Shown here: positions 26,859 to 36,307 of the stretch, one piece after another
How positions within the stretch are numbered: the stretch's first letter is position 1
Layout of the letters: each line of letters begins with the position of its first letter
Source of the DNA: Candidatus Wildermuthbacteria bacterium GWA2_46_15
Lineage (GTDB): Bacteria; Patescibacteriota; Minisyncoccia; Minisyncoccales; GWA2-46-15
Direction of reading: 5' to 3'
Assembly: GCA_001823105.1 (NCBI GenBank)
Contig: MHTO01000019.1
Span: 5,079-42,456, forward strand
Length of the DNA: 37,378 nt
The notes under the pieces: model-generated
What the model saw: only the letters and a program-made list of their open reading frames with translations
What the model was told of the DNA's origin: nothing
Databases searched by the model: none
Made by a program: the position numbers and the translations under genes

Positions 26859-27110
26859 TTAGAGGAGTAGGTTCAAGAGAGCCGTGGCAATGAAGATGAA
26901 GCCCAGAAAAATGGTAAAAAAGAAAATCTTTTTAGATATTCCCCGCAGTTTGCCCGTGCCGGTAAAGCTCTGGCCAAAGGCCGATCCTAAGGATTCGCCG
27001 CGAGGTTGAAGCAAGACCAATGAAGTTAAAAGTACGGCAATGACAATCTGGATGACCGGCAAAAAGGGCTTGATTTGAGAGAGAGCGGCCACTAAGTTTT
27101 GTAGATTCAT
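26859..27110 (-). CDS. secG: Preprotein translocase subunit SecG-like
   Basis: 83 aa with two TM helices flanking LLQPRGESLGSAFG (the SecG Gly-rich loop pattern). Confidence 0.6.
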   Translation of the reverse strand: MNLQNLVAALSQIKPFLPVIQIVIAVLLTSLVLLQPRGESLGSAFGQSFTGTGKLRGISKKIFFFTIFLGFIFIATALLNLLL

Positions 27111-27120
27111 GGTTTATCTT

Positions 27121-27468
27121 TTATTTATCGGGCATCCACTTTGTTAGCGCAAAGATGACGAGCCAAATAATAACGGTGGTCCAGAAGAGAGGAACAATTC
27201 CCGTGATGACCAGTTCCGTAAAGGCAATATCCACCAGCCAGACCAAGAGCATGTTAATGATAAAACCGAAAAGGCCCAAGGTCAAAATCTTTAAAGGCAG
27301 GGTCAGAACGTTGAGCAGGGGCCGGAGAAAGAAGTTGACGGCTCCCAGAACCGCGCCAATCAGGACAAAGGTTTTCCCATCACCGAGAACATCAACTCCC
27401 GGAACGAAACGATCGGCCAACCAGAGGCCGGCCGTACTGCCGGCAATTTGCAAGAGGAGAGACCACAT
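27121..27468 (-). CDS. DUF360 / phage holin family IV-like membrane protein
   Basis: 115 aa, 4 TM. The pattern GAVLGAVNFFLRPLLNVLTLPLKILTLGLFGFIIN is typical of the YvlD/DUF360 family. Confidence 0.6.
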   Translation of the reverse strand: MWSLLLQIAGSTAGLWLADRFVPGVDVLGDGKTFVLIGAVLGAVNFFLRPLLNVLTLPLKILTLGLFGFIINMLLVWLVDIAFTELVITGIVPLFWTTVIIWLVIFALTKWMPDK

Positions 27469-27509
27469 TCTTCATGATAGCAAGACTTTTCTCTCGGGTC
27501 AAGGGTGAC

Positions 27510-28502
27510 TTATTCGATCAGTTCGGGCTGGAAAAATTTATTTATTTTTATTTCTTTGGTGATGACTTTTTTTATCTTTTTATTCTCAATAGTAATCTCC
27601 ACGACCTCCCCTTGCGTCGTTTCTTTTGAGAAGCCCTGATCAAAGACGAAATTGCCCAGGCCGTAGAAAATGTAGCCCGAACGATATTCTTCTGATTCTT
27701 GGACGATATGGCTGTGATGGTTGACGACGATGTTGGCGCCGGCGTCAATGAAAGCCCGCGAAAAAGTGGTCTGAGAAAGAGTCGGTTCTTTGGCGTATTC
27801 CTGGCCGGCGTGAAGAGAAACAATGACGACGTCGGTCAGCTCCCGGGCCAGGGTCAGGTCGGCTTTAATTCTTTCGAGGTTGTTTTCCGAAACTCGGGCA
27901 ATACCGATGTTTTCCGCCAGAGCCTGCCAAGCAAAGGGGGCTTGGTCGGTGTAGGCGAAAAAAGCGATGCGGGTGTCCCGGACGGTCTTGATCGTCGTGA
28001 AATAGGCCTGGCTTTCGGTTCCGGCCCCCACCGGCGAGATGCCCGCGTCGATCAGGCGATTCAAGCTGTCTTGGAGCGCCTCTCGGCCGTAATCCAGGGC
28101 GTGGTTATTGGCCAGGGAAAGAACATTGAAACCGGCAAACTTTAAGCCCTCAATGGCTTGGGGGTCGGCGCGGAAGGAATAAATACTGCCCACTTTCGTG
28201 CCCCGGTCAGAAATCTGGCTTTCCAGGTTGCCAAAGACGAGGTCCGCCTTTTTCATTTCGTCCGCCATCTTCAAAAAGGGGAATTTAAAGTCACCCTGAC
28301 CCTCCTTTTCAATCATATATTTAACTCCGCGGTCGAGCATGATGTCGCCGGCCAAAAAGAGTTTGACTGATTTTTCCGCCGGGCTTGGTTCGGGAACCGT
28401 AGTCTTAATCTCAATGGTCGTTGTCCTTAAGAAGAAAAAAGTCAGAGCCAGAACCAAGACGCTCAAAGAAACACCCGAAACTATTTTTACAGATTTGGTC
28501 AT
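27510..28502 (-). CDS. CapA-family (PGA_cap) metallophosphatase-like protein, membrane anchored
   Basis: 330 aa with an N-terminal TM helix, FLAGDIMLDRGV, FGNLESQ, SLANNHALDYG, VVIVSLHAGQEY and VVNHHSH. Confidence 0.8.
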   Translation of the reverse strand: MTKSVKIVSGVSLSVLVLALTFFFLRTTTIEIKTTVPEPSPAEKSVKLFLAGDIMLDRGVKYMIEKEGQGDFKFPFLKMADEMKKADLVFGNLESQISDRGTKVGSIYSFRADPQAIEGLKFAGFNVLSLANNHALDYGREALQDSLNRLIDAGISPVGAGTESQAYFTTIKTVRDTRIAFFAYTDQAPFAWQALAENIGIARVSENNLERIKADLTLARELTDVVIVSLHAGQEYAKEPTLSQTTFSRAFIDAGANIVVNHHSHIVQESEEYRSGYIFYGLGNFVFDQGFSKETTQGEVVEITIENKKIKKVITKEIKINKFFQPELIE

Positions 28503-28527
28503 GGTTCTTCCTTGATATTACCAGAGA

Positions 28528-28556
28528 TTGAAATTTTTCTGAAATTATGCTACAAT
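28528..28556 (+). promoter_or_regulatory. Promoter TTGAAA-17-TGcTACAAT for uvrA
   Basis: TTGAAA at 28528-28533, TG at 28548-28549, TACAAT at 28551-28556, about 60 nt upstream of the uvrA ATG. Confidence 0.65.
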
Positions 28557-28616
28557 GCCCAACATTGCTAAGGTTCTGCGAGCGGAGCGAGCAGGTTCTT
28601 ATCATATTCGATTGCC

Positions 28617-31514
28617 ATGTCGGAAAATTATATTAAAATCCGGGGAGCGAGAGTTCATAACTTACAGAATATCGACGTTGATATTCCCAAAAACAAATTG
28701 GTCGTCATCACCGGTTTATCCGGCTCGGGGAAATCTTCTTTAGCTTTTGACACTCTTTATGCCGAAGGTCAAAGAAGATATCTCGAAAGTCTTTCGGCTT
28801 ACGCCCGGCAGTTTTTGGGCGTCATGCAGAAACCGGACGCGGACAAGATCGAGGGCATTTCTCCTTCCATCGCCATTGATCAGAGAAAAGCCAGTCACAA
28901 TCCCCGGTCCACCGTCGGCACGATCACCGAAATCTATGATTATTTAAGGCTTCTCTTTGCCCGCGTAGGCTTGCCGCACTGTCCCCAATGCGGCCGATTG
29001 GTCAGTCGCCAGACGATTGACCAGATTGCCTCACAGATCCGGCAGCTGCCTTCCCAGAGAGAAATCATTATTCTGGGACCGGTCATCCGGGGCAAAAAAG
29101 GAGAACACATCGGGGTCTTAGAAGAAATCAAAAAGGCGGGTTTCCTGCGCGTCCGGATTGACGGCATTGTTTTTCGCACTGAAGAGGCTTTGGAGAAAAC
29201 TTTGGACCGGCAGAAAAAGCATAATCTCGAAGTCGTCATTGACCGCCTGGTCATTGATAAAGAGTTGGATAAATCGAGATTGGTTGATTCCTTGGAAACG
29301 GCCCTAAAACTGGGCAAGGGCATTGTAATCATAAGCGCAAAGCGCAAAACGCAAAGCGCAAAGCTTGAATACGAAGACTTGATCTTTTCGGAACATTTTG
29401 CCTGCGAAGAGTGCGGCCTGTCTTTGCCCGAATTAGAACCACGTCTCTTTTCTTTTAACTCGCCCTACGGGGCGTGTCCGGCTTGCCAAGGGTTGGGGCA
29501 GAAACTGGAAGTTGACCCGAAATTAGTCCTGCCCAACCCGAATCTGACTTTGGGCGAAGGCGCCATTTTTCCCTGGGCCCACGCCTCGCACCGGACCGGG
29601 CGCCAGGGATTCTTTTGGTTCAGGCTGCAGAACCTTTCCGAGAAATACCAAATTCCTCTGGATGTGCCGGTCAAAGAACTTTCTGAAAACGATCTCCGGC
29701 AGATTCTTTACGGAGACAGCCAGATCGAAGGCGTCATTCCCTGGTTGAGGAGAAGATACCACGAGACGGATTCAGATTACGCCCGGGCCGAAATTGAACA
29801 GTACATGGTGGAGAAAATCTGTGAGGCGTGCCGCGGCAAGAGGCTGAAGCCGGAAGCACTGGCAGTGACTGTTTTAAATAAGTCTATTGCCGATATTGTC
29901 GGTATGTCGATTGCGCAAATCAAGGGATTTTTTGAAGGCTCATTGGTTCAAACTCAAAGCGCAAAACGCAAACCTTGGTCCCGAGAAAACGAAATCGCCA
30001 TAGCAAAGCCGATCATTAAAGAAATTCTCAGCCGGCTGCAGTTTTTAATTGACGTGGGGCTGGATTACCTTTCTTTGAACCGTCAGGCTTCGACCTTGGC
30101 CGGGGGAGAAGAGCAGCGCATTCGCCTGGCCACTCAGCTGGGTTCTCAGTTGACCGGTGTTTTGTACATCCTGGACGAACCCTCGGTGGGCTTGCATTCC
30201 CGGGATCAGGGCCGGTTGATTGAAAGCCTCAAAAAATTGCGCGACCTGGGCAATAGCATCATCGTCGTTGAGCACGATGCCCAGACGATTCGGGCTTCAG
30301 ACTGGGTCATTGATATTGGCCCGGGCGCGGGCAAACACGGCGGCCGCGTCACCTTCACCGGGACTCCCCGGCAACTGTTGAAATCCAAGACCCTGACCGG
30401 AGACTATCTAGCGGGACGGAGAAAAGTCGCCGTGCCGGCTCCAAGTAAAAACTCCCCAAGGTCGAACCTTATTATTAAAGGCGCCCGGGAGCACAACTTA
30501 AAGAACATTGACGTTAAGATCCCGCTGGGGAAATTTGTCTGCGTCACGGGCGTTTCCGGTTCGGGCAAATCTTCTTTGGTCAATGATGTTTTGGCCAAAG
30601 CCTGCTTGAAGAAGTTTTACCGGGCCAAAGAAGAGCCGGGCCGGCACGAAACCATTTTGGGTTTGGAGAATCTGAATAAGGTCGTTTTGGTTGATCAATT
30701 GCCGATTGGCCGGACGCCCCGGTCAAACCCGGCCACTTATACCGGCGCCTTTGCCTATATCCGCGATCTTTTTGCCAAGACCAAGGAGGCGAGGATCCGG
30801 GGATTTGGACCGGGGAGGTTTAGTTTCAACGTCTCCGCCAAAGGCGGATCCGCCTCTGGAGGAAAGGGCGGCCGCTGTGAAGCCTGCGAGGGCCAGGGCG
30901 AAATCAAGATTGAAATGTATTTTCTGCCCGATCTCTATCAGGAATGCCAGGAGTGCAAGGGCCAGAGATTTAACCAGGAAACTTTGTCGATTGAATACAC
31001 GCCCCTGGGCCAGGCCAAAGGCAAAAACATTGCCCAGATTCTTTCTTTGACGATTGAGGAAGCTCTGTCGTTTTTTAAAAACATTCCGGGGCTTTGGCAA
31101 AAACTTCAGACCTTAAATGACGTTGGCCTGAGCTATCTCGAACTGGGCCAACCGGCTATTTCCCTGTCCGGGGGAGAAGCCCAGCGCATCAAGTTAGCCG
31201 CGGAGCTCTCTCGGCGAGACACGGGTAAAACCCTTTACGTCCTCGACGAACCCACCACCGGCCTGCATTTTGAAGATGTCCGGAAACTGGTTGAAGTTTT
31301 GCGCCGCTTGGTGGATAAAGGGAACACCGTTCTGGTCGTCGAACACAATTTAGAATTAATTAAAAACTCGGACTGGATTATTGATCTGGGTCCGGAAGGC
31401 GGAGAAAAGGGCGGTCAGATTGTCATCGCGGGCACCCCTCGCGAAATATCCAGAACTACCCGGTCCCATACCGGCCGATATCTTAAAGAGGCCTTGGCGG
31501 GCAGAATTCTTTAG
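28617..31514 (+). CDS. uvrA: Excinuclease ABC subunit A
   Basis: 965 aa with two ABC modules ([52 protein letters not shown]) and zinc modules (CPQCGR, CEECG...[14 protein letters not shown]). Confidence 0.98.
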   Translation: MSENYIKIRGARVHNLQNIDVDIPKNKLVVITGLSGSGKSSLAFDTLYAEGQRRYLESLSAYARQFLGVMQKPDADKIEGISPSIAIDQRKASHNPRSTVGTITEIYDYLRLLFARVGLPHCPQCGRLVSRQTIDQIASQIRQLPSQREIIILGPVIRGKKGEHIGVLEEIKKAGFLRVRIDGIVFRTEEALEKTLDRQKKHNLEVVIDRLVIDKELDKSRLVDSLETALKLGKGIVIISAKRKTQSAKLEYEDLIFSEHFACEECGLSLPELEPRLFSFNSPYGACPACQGLGQKLEVDPKLVLPNPNLTLGEGAIFPWAHASHRTGRQGFFWFRLQNLSEKYQIPLDVPVKELSENDLRQILYGDSQIEGVIPWLRRRYHETDSDYARAEIEQYMVEKICEACRGKRLKPEALAVTVLNKSIADIVGMSIAQIKGFFEGSLVQTQSAKRKPWSRENEIAIAKPIIKEILSRLQFLIDVGLDYLSLNRQASTLAGGEEQRIRLATQLGSQLTGVLYILDEPSVGLHSRDQGRLIESLKKLRDLGNSIIVVEHDAQTIRASDWVIDIGPGAGKHGGRVTFTGTPRQLLKSKTLTGDYLAGRRKVAVPAPSKNSPRSNLIIKGAREHNLKNIDVKIPLGKFVCVTGVSGSGKSSLVNDVLAKACLKKFYRAKEEPGRHETILGLENLNKVVLVDQLPIGRTPRSNPATYTGAFAYIRDLFAKTKEARIRGFGPGRFSFNVSAKGGSASGGKGGRCEACEGQGEIKIEMYFLPDLYQECQECKGQRFNQETLSIEYTPLGQAKGKNIAQILSLTIEEALSFFKNIPGLWQKLQTLNDVGLSYLELGQPAISLSGGEAQRIKLAAELSRRDTGKTLYVLDEPTTGLHFEDVRKLVEVLRRLVDKGNTVLVVEHNLELIKNSDWIIDLGPEGGEKGGQIVIAGTPREISRTTRSHTGRYLKEALAGRIL
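29335..29362 (+). repeat. Four tandem heptamers GCGCAAA GCGCAAA ACGCAAA GCGCAAA inside uvrA (encodes [10 protein letters not shown])
   Basis: Read directly. The stretch contains the 18-mer CAAAGCGCAAAACGCAAA (29338-29355). Confidence 0.9.
29952..29972 (+). repeat. Three tandem heptamers ACTCAAA GCGCAAA ACGCAAA inside uvrA (encodes TQSAKRK)
   Basis: Read directly. It matches rpoC 10681-10701 at 20/21 nt and shares AAACTCAAAGCGCAAA with the recA-downstream repeat (17987-18002). Confidence 0.9.
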
Positions 31515-31565
31515 CGGTTATTTTTTCAGTATTTGTGCGAAGCCGGGCCTTTGCTTTTCCGGCCC

Positions 31566-31594
31566 TTGACAGACGGTTGTCACTTCAATAAAAT
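31566..31594 (+). promoter_or_regulatory. Promoter TTGACA-17-TAAAAT for groES-groEL
   Basis: TTGACA at 31566-31571, 17-nt spacer, TAAAAT at 31589-31594. Confidence 0.6.
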
Positions 31595-31607
31595 CAAGGT
31601 GACTCCA

Positions 31608-31634
31608 TTAGCAGTCAACACATTTAATTGCTAG
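31608..31634 (+). promoter_or_regulatory. Degenerate CIRCE-like inverted repeat (candidate HrcA operator)
   Basis: TTAGCAGTC-N9-AATTGCTAG versus consensus TTAGCACTC-N9-GAGTGCTAA (8/9 and 6/9). It lies between the -10 and the groES ATG. Confidence 0.45.
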
Positions 31635-31645
31635 CTGAGAAAAAT

Positions 31646-31936
31646 ATGAACATCAAACCCTTAAGTGATCACGTTTTGATCGAACCCCTGCCCCAGGCCG
31701 AGAAGACCAAGGGCGGCATTTTTCTGCCCGAATCGGCGGAAAAAGAAAGGCCCGAACAGGGCCAGATTGTGGCCGTTGGCCCGGGTAAGAAATTAATTTC
31801 AGGCAAGATTATTCCTCTCAACGTCCAGGTGGGCGATAAGGTTTTGTTTACCAAATACGGACCCAACGAAATTAAAGTCGATGACAAAGAGTATCTCATC
31901 GCCAAAGAGGAGGATATACTGGCGGTAATTGAATAA
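31646..31936 (+). CDS. groES: Co-chaperonin GroES
   Basis: MNIKPLSDHVLIEP...KGGIFLPESA...GQIVAVGPG. The ATG at 31646 is preferred over the upstream TTG in the ORF track. Confidence 0.95.
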   Translation: MNIKPLSDHVLIEPLPQAEKTKGGIFLPESAEKERPEQGQIVAVGPGKKLISGKIIPLNVQVGDKVLFTKYGPNEIKVDDKEYLIAKEEDILAVIE

Positions 31937-33574
<1,638 letters not shown>

Positions 33575-33592
33575 TAAGACTCGATCTTTAGA

Positions 33593-33629
33593 CAGAAAAC
33601 GGAGGAGACCGGGTCTCCTCCGTTTTCTG
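33593..33629 (+). terminator. Strong hairpin terminator after groEL
   Basis: CAGAAAACGGAGGAGAC-cgg-GTCTCCTCCGTTTTCTG: a perfect 17-bp stem with a U-rich distal part, followed by TT. Confidence 0.75.
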
Positions 33630-33657
33630 TTGCCAAACCGGTCTTTTCTGCTAGAAT
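33630..33657 (+). promoter_or_regulatory. Promoter TTGCCA-16-TGcTAGAAT for lemA
   Basis: TTGCCA at 33630-33635, TG at 33649-33650, TAGAAT at 33652-33657. The same TGCTAGAAT element is present at 13902-13910 upstream of ftsK. Confidence 0.55.
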
Positions 33658-33704
33658 GAAAACGATATCAAAGGTCGCTCTCTTACTTTTTAAACTTCAA
33701 AACC

Positions 33705-34259
33705 ATGTTACCATTTCAAGTTTTATTTTTGGCCGTGGTTCTTGTCGCCGCCTGGCTGGTTTTAACCTATAACCGCCTGGTGGCTTTAAGACAGCGAGCC
33801 AAAGAAGCCTGGTCCGACATTGAGGTTCAGCTGAAGAGAAGATACGATCTGATCCCCAACTTGGTCCAGACGGTCAAGGGCTATGCCGCTCACGAATCGG
33901 GCGTCTTTGAAAGAGTGACCCAGGCCCGGACTCGGGCCATGGGCGCCCAGGGCATGAAAGAGCAGGCCGAAGCGGAAAACATGCTTTCGCAAACCCTGAA
34001 AAGCCTTTTTGCCGTGGCCGAAAACTATCCTCAGCTGCAGGCGGCCCAGAATTTCTTGGCCTTGCAGAATGAGCTGACCGATACCGAAGACAAAATTCAG
34101 GCGGCGCGTCGGTTCTATAACGCTAATGTCCGGGATTTGAGCATTGCCGTCCAGACCTTTCCTTCGAGCCTGATCGCCGGCGCTTTCGACTTCAAGGCTC
34201 CCGAGTTTTTTGAGACCGTCAACGAAGCGGAAAAAGAGCCGGTCCAAGTTAAGTTTTAG
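33705..34259 (+). CDS. lemA: LemA family protein
   Basis: 184 aa with an N-terminal TM helix, YNRLVALRQRAKEAWSDIEVQLKRRYDLIPNLV, and ARRFYNANVRD. Confidence 0.92.
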   Translation: MLPFQVLFLAVVLVAAWLVLTYNRLVALRQRAKEAWSDIEVQLKRRYDLIPNLVQTVKGYAAHESGVFERVTQARTRAMGAQGMKEQAEAENMLSQTLKSLFAVAENYPQLQAAQNFLALQNELTDTEDKIQAARRFYNANVRDLSIAVQTFPSSLIAGAFDFKAPEFFETVNEAEKEPVQVKF

Positions 34260-34335
34260 CGTAAAGCTTAAAGCGATTTCTAGTTTTTAATTTTGAGTCG
34301 TAATTTTGCGCTTTGAGATTTGAATTTTGAGTTTG
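34259..34335. repeat. Heptamer-phased repeat array (short A-arm, long T-arm) between lemA and htpX
   Basis: GCGTAAA GCTTAAA GCGATTT CTAGTTT TTAATTT TGAGTCG TAATTTT GCGCTTT GAGATTT GAATTTT GAGTTTG. It starts at the G of the TAG stop and contains TTTGCGCTTTGAG (34305-34317). Confidence 0.75.
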
Positions 34336-34339
34336 AAAC

Positions 34340-35230
34340 ATGACCATCTACACCCAAGCCTCTTCCAACGTTCGTAAAACCTGGATTCTTTTGGGTTCAT
34401 TTTTGGTTTTTATCATCGGCCTGGGCTGGCTCTTCAGCTATGTTTTGGACAATCAACTCATTCTGGTTTTTGTCACCGTCTTCAGCCTTGCTACCAGCTT
34501 CGTCAGCTATTGGTATTCGGACAAGATTGTTTTGGCGATGACCCATGCCCAAGAAGTTGACCACGCTAAAAATCTCGAGCTCTATCACTTGTTAGAAAAC
34601 TTATGCATTGCCGCGGGCCTGCCGCAACCAAAGTTCTACATCCTGGAGGAAGCCCAGCCCAACGCCTTTGCCACCGGCCGGGATCCCCAGCACGGCGTCA
34701 TCGTCGTGACGCGCGGTTTGCTGGAGAAGCTGGAAAAACCCGAGCTCGAAGGCGTCTTGGCCCACGAATTGTCCCACATCGGCAACCGCGACAGTCTTTT
34801 AATGACGGTCGTCGTCATCCTGGCCGGCCTGGTTTCCAATCTGTCTAGTTTCTTTTTCCGGATGAATTGGCGCCGCCAGAGCGACGACAATAATAAAGCC
34901 GGCGCCATTCTGATGGTGGCGGCTCTGGCGGCCGCCATCCTGGCTCCTTTGGCCGCTCTACTGATCCAGCTGGCCATTTCCCGGAAGCGGGAGTTTTTGG
35001 CCGATGCCTCGGGTTCCCTTTTAACCCGTTATCCCGAAGGATTGGCTCGGGCCCTGGCCAAAATCAGCCTGGATCCGGCGTCTCTGAAGGTGGCCAATCC
35101 CGGCACCGCCCACCTCTATATCGTCAATCCTTTGCGAGGGAAGGCGGCGGCGGGCTGGCTGGCCGGTCTCTTCTCCACCCATCCGCCCATCAACGATCGC
35201 ATCAAAGCTCTGCGCGAGATGAGCATTTAA
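34340..35230 (+). CDS. htpX: Zinc metalloprotease HtpX (peptidase M48)
   Basis: 296 aa with N-terminal TM helices, the HELSH zinc motif (LAHELSHIGNRD), REFLADASG and THPPINDRI. Confidence 0.93.
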   Translation: MTIYTQASSNVRKTWILLGSFLVFIIGLGWLFSYVLDNQLILVFVTVFSLATSFVSYWYSDKIVLAMTHAQEVDHAKNLELYHLLENLCIAAGLPQPKFYILEEAQPNAFATGRDPQHGVIVVTRGLLEKLEKPELEGVLAHELSHIGNRDSLLMTVVVILAGLVSNLSSFFFRMNWRRQSDDNNKAGAILMVAALAAAILAPLAALLIQLAISRKREFLADASGSLLTRYPEGLARALAKISLDPASLKVANPGTAHLYIVNPLRGKAAAGWLAGLFSTHPPINDRIKALREMSI

Positions 35231-35234
35231 ACCT

Positions 35235-35669
35235 ATGAAACAACCATTGATTCGCACCATTTATCTTTACCTTTTTACTTTAATCGGACTGGTTTTAATT
35301 ACCATTGGTTCGGTTAATCTGATAAACTTGGGATTAAAAAGATTTATTTTTACCAAAGCAGACCAGGAATTAAACTATAATCTCAAGCCGTCTTTTCCGA
35401 TGACGATCGATGGCAGAGCGGCAACAGAGGAAGACTTTATTTCGGCAGTAGAGAAATGCCAGGAAAAGTGCGATTTAACTTCAGAGCAAAAACAGCAGAT
35501 TGCCAGCTGGCTGAAAGATTACAAAATTTGGCAGGAGCAAGAAAAACAATTTGATTATCTGGCTCAGCAAAGACAAAGAGAGTTTTCTTTGGCTTTGGCT
35601 TTGATTATTGTTGGTTTGCCGCTTTACCTTTATCACTGGTCAACCATCAAAAGAGAAACCAAAGACTAG
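35235..35669 (+). CDS. Hypothetical 2-TM protein with a Cys-containing, Gln/Glu-rich central domain
   Basis: 144-aa ORF starting 4 nt after the htpX stop, with a hydrophobic helix at each end. No family recognised. Confidence 0.6.
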   Translation: MKQPLIRTIYLYLFTLIGLVLITIGSVNLINLGLKRFIFTKADQELNYNLKPSFPMTIDGRAATEEDFISAVEKCQEKCDLTSEQKQQIASWLKDYKIWQEQEKQFDYLAQQRQREFSLALALIIVGLPLYLYHWSTIKRETKD

Positions 35670-35672
35670 AGA

Positions 35673-35695
35673 ATTAAGGAGCTAAGCTCCTTAAT
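35673..35695. repeat. Perfect palindrome ATTAAGGAGC-TAA-GCTCCTTAAT
   Basis: 10-bp arms and a 3-nt centre. It starts 3 nt after the upstream stop and ends 2 nt before tRNA-Ser. Confidence 0.8.
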
Positions 35696-35697
35696 GA

Positions 35698-35781
35698 GGA
35701 GGAGTCGCATAGCGGCCATTGCAACGGCTTGGAAAGCCGTGATCCGAAAGGGTCCCGTGGGTTCGAGTCCCACCTCCTCCG
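35698..35781 (+). tRNA. tRNA-Ser (anticodon GGA), class II
   Basis: Acceptor GGAGGAG/CTCCTCC plus discriminator G, 3-bp D stem, anticodon stem ACGGC/GCCGT with loop TTGGAAA, variable arm GATCC-GAAA-GGGTC, T-arm GTGGG-TTCGAGT-CCCAC. Confidence 0.9.
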
Positions 35782-35806
35782 CTTTAACAATTTAATCTAT
35801 GCTTTC

Positions 35807-36268
35807 ATGAAAGGATTTGTCATCAACATCGAAAAAGAGACTCGGGCGAACGAGAATTTCCGCCAGGTTCTCTACACCTCTAAACACAGCCAGTTGGTCT
35901 TGATGAGCCTCAAGCCCCGGGAAGAAATCGGGATGGAGAGGCATCCCGACAACGACCAGTTTTTCCGCTTTGAAAGGGGACGGGGCAAATGCGTCATCGA
36001 TGGACACGAGTATGAGGTTTCTGACGGCGTGGCCGTGGTCGTGCCGGCCGGCGCCGAGCACAACGTCGTCAATATTTCTGAAACCGAAGACCTCAAACTC
36101 TACACTATCTATTCCCCGGCCCACCACCAAGACGGCATTGTGCGCCAGAGCAAGACCGAGGCCGCGGCCAGCACCCGGAGTTCGACGGCGTCACCACCGA
36201 ATAAGGCCGTGCTTAACCAGGTTAAGCACAAGGTTAAAAATACTGGCTTTGGAAGTGTAAAATATTAG
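35807..36268 (+). CDS. Small cupin-domain protein; 3' end appears frameshifted
   Basis: MKGFVINIEKETRANENFRQVLYT...VVVPAGAEHNVVN...LKLYTIYSPAHHQDG is a typical single-domain cupin. The family-typical C-terminus EFDGVTTE* is encoded at 36178-36204 but in another frame. The ORF-track start at 35729 lies inside tRNA-Ser. Confidence 0.7.
   Translation: MKGFVINIEKETRANENFRQVLYTSKHSQLVLMSLKPREEIGMERHPDNDQFFRFERGRGKCVIDGHEYEVSDGVAVVVPAGAEHNVVNISETEDLKLYTIYSPAHHQDGIVRQSKTEAAASTRSSTASPPNKAVLNQVKHKVKNTGFGSVKY
36164..36215 (+). repeat. Copy 1 of the 52-54 bp direct repeat (cupin 3' end)
   Basis: GCGGCCAGCACCCGGAGTTCGACGGCGTCACCACCGAATAAGGCCGTGCTTA. Its partner is at 37172-37225. Confidence 0.85.
36209..36229. 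repeat. Palindrome GTGCTTAAC-CAG-GTTAAGCAC (same arms as 677-699)
   Basis: 9-bp perfect arms, overlapping the end of repeat copy 1. Confidence 0.8.
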
Positions 36269-36307
36269 AAAGGTCGATCTTTTATTCAATTAACTGACTG
36301 ATAGATT

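Noticed and set aside
27121-27468. The holin-family-like membrane protein as a sign of a prophage or lysis cassette.
   Set aside because: No endolysin, spanin, capsid, tail or integrase genes are nearby. DUF360/YvlD-type proteins are common chromosomal membrane proteins.
28572-28599. A LexA/SOS box upstream of uvrA (and recA).
   Set aside because: No CTGT-N8-ACAG or GAAC-N4-GTTC type inverted repeat is present, only direct hexamer repeats. It is kept as a low-interest observation, not called as an SOS box.
31541-31565. A GC-rich segment after uvrA (GCCGG...CCGGC / GGGCC...GGCCC) as the uvrA terminator.
   Set aside because: Only 5-bp alternative stems with an 11-13 nt loop and no trailing T-run. 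This is not convincing enough to annotate.
35729-35806. The ORF-track start at 35729 for the cupin gene.
   Set aside because: That 5' extension (MESRDPKGSRGFESHLL...) is the translation of tRNA-Ser(GGA) at 35698-35781. The cupin starts at the ATG at 35807 (MKGFVINIEK...).
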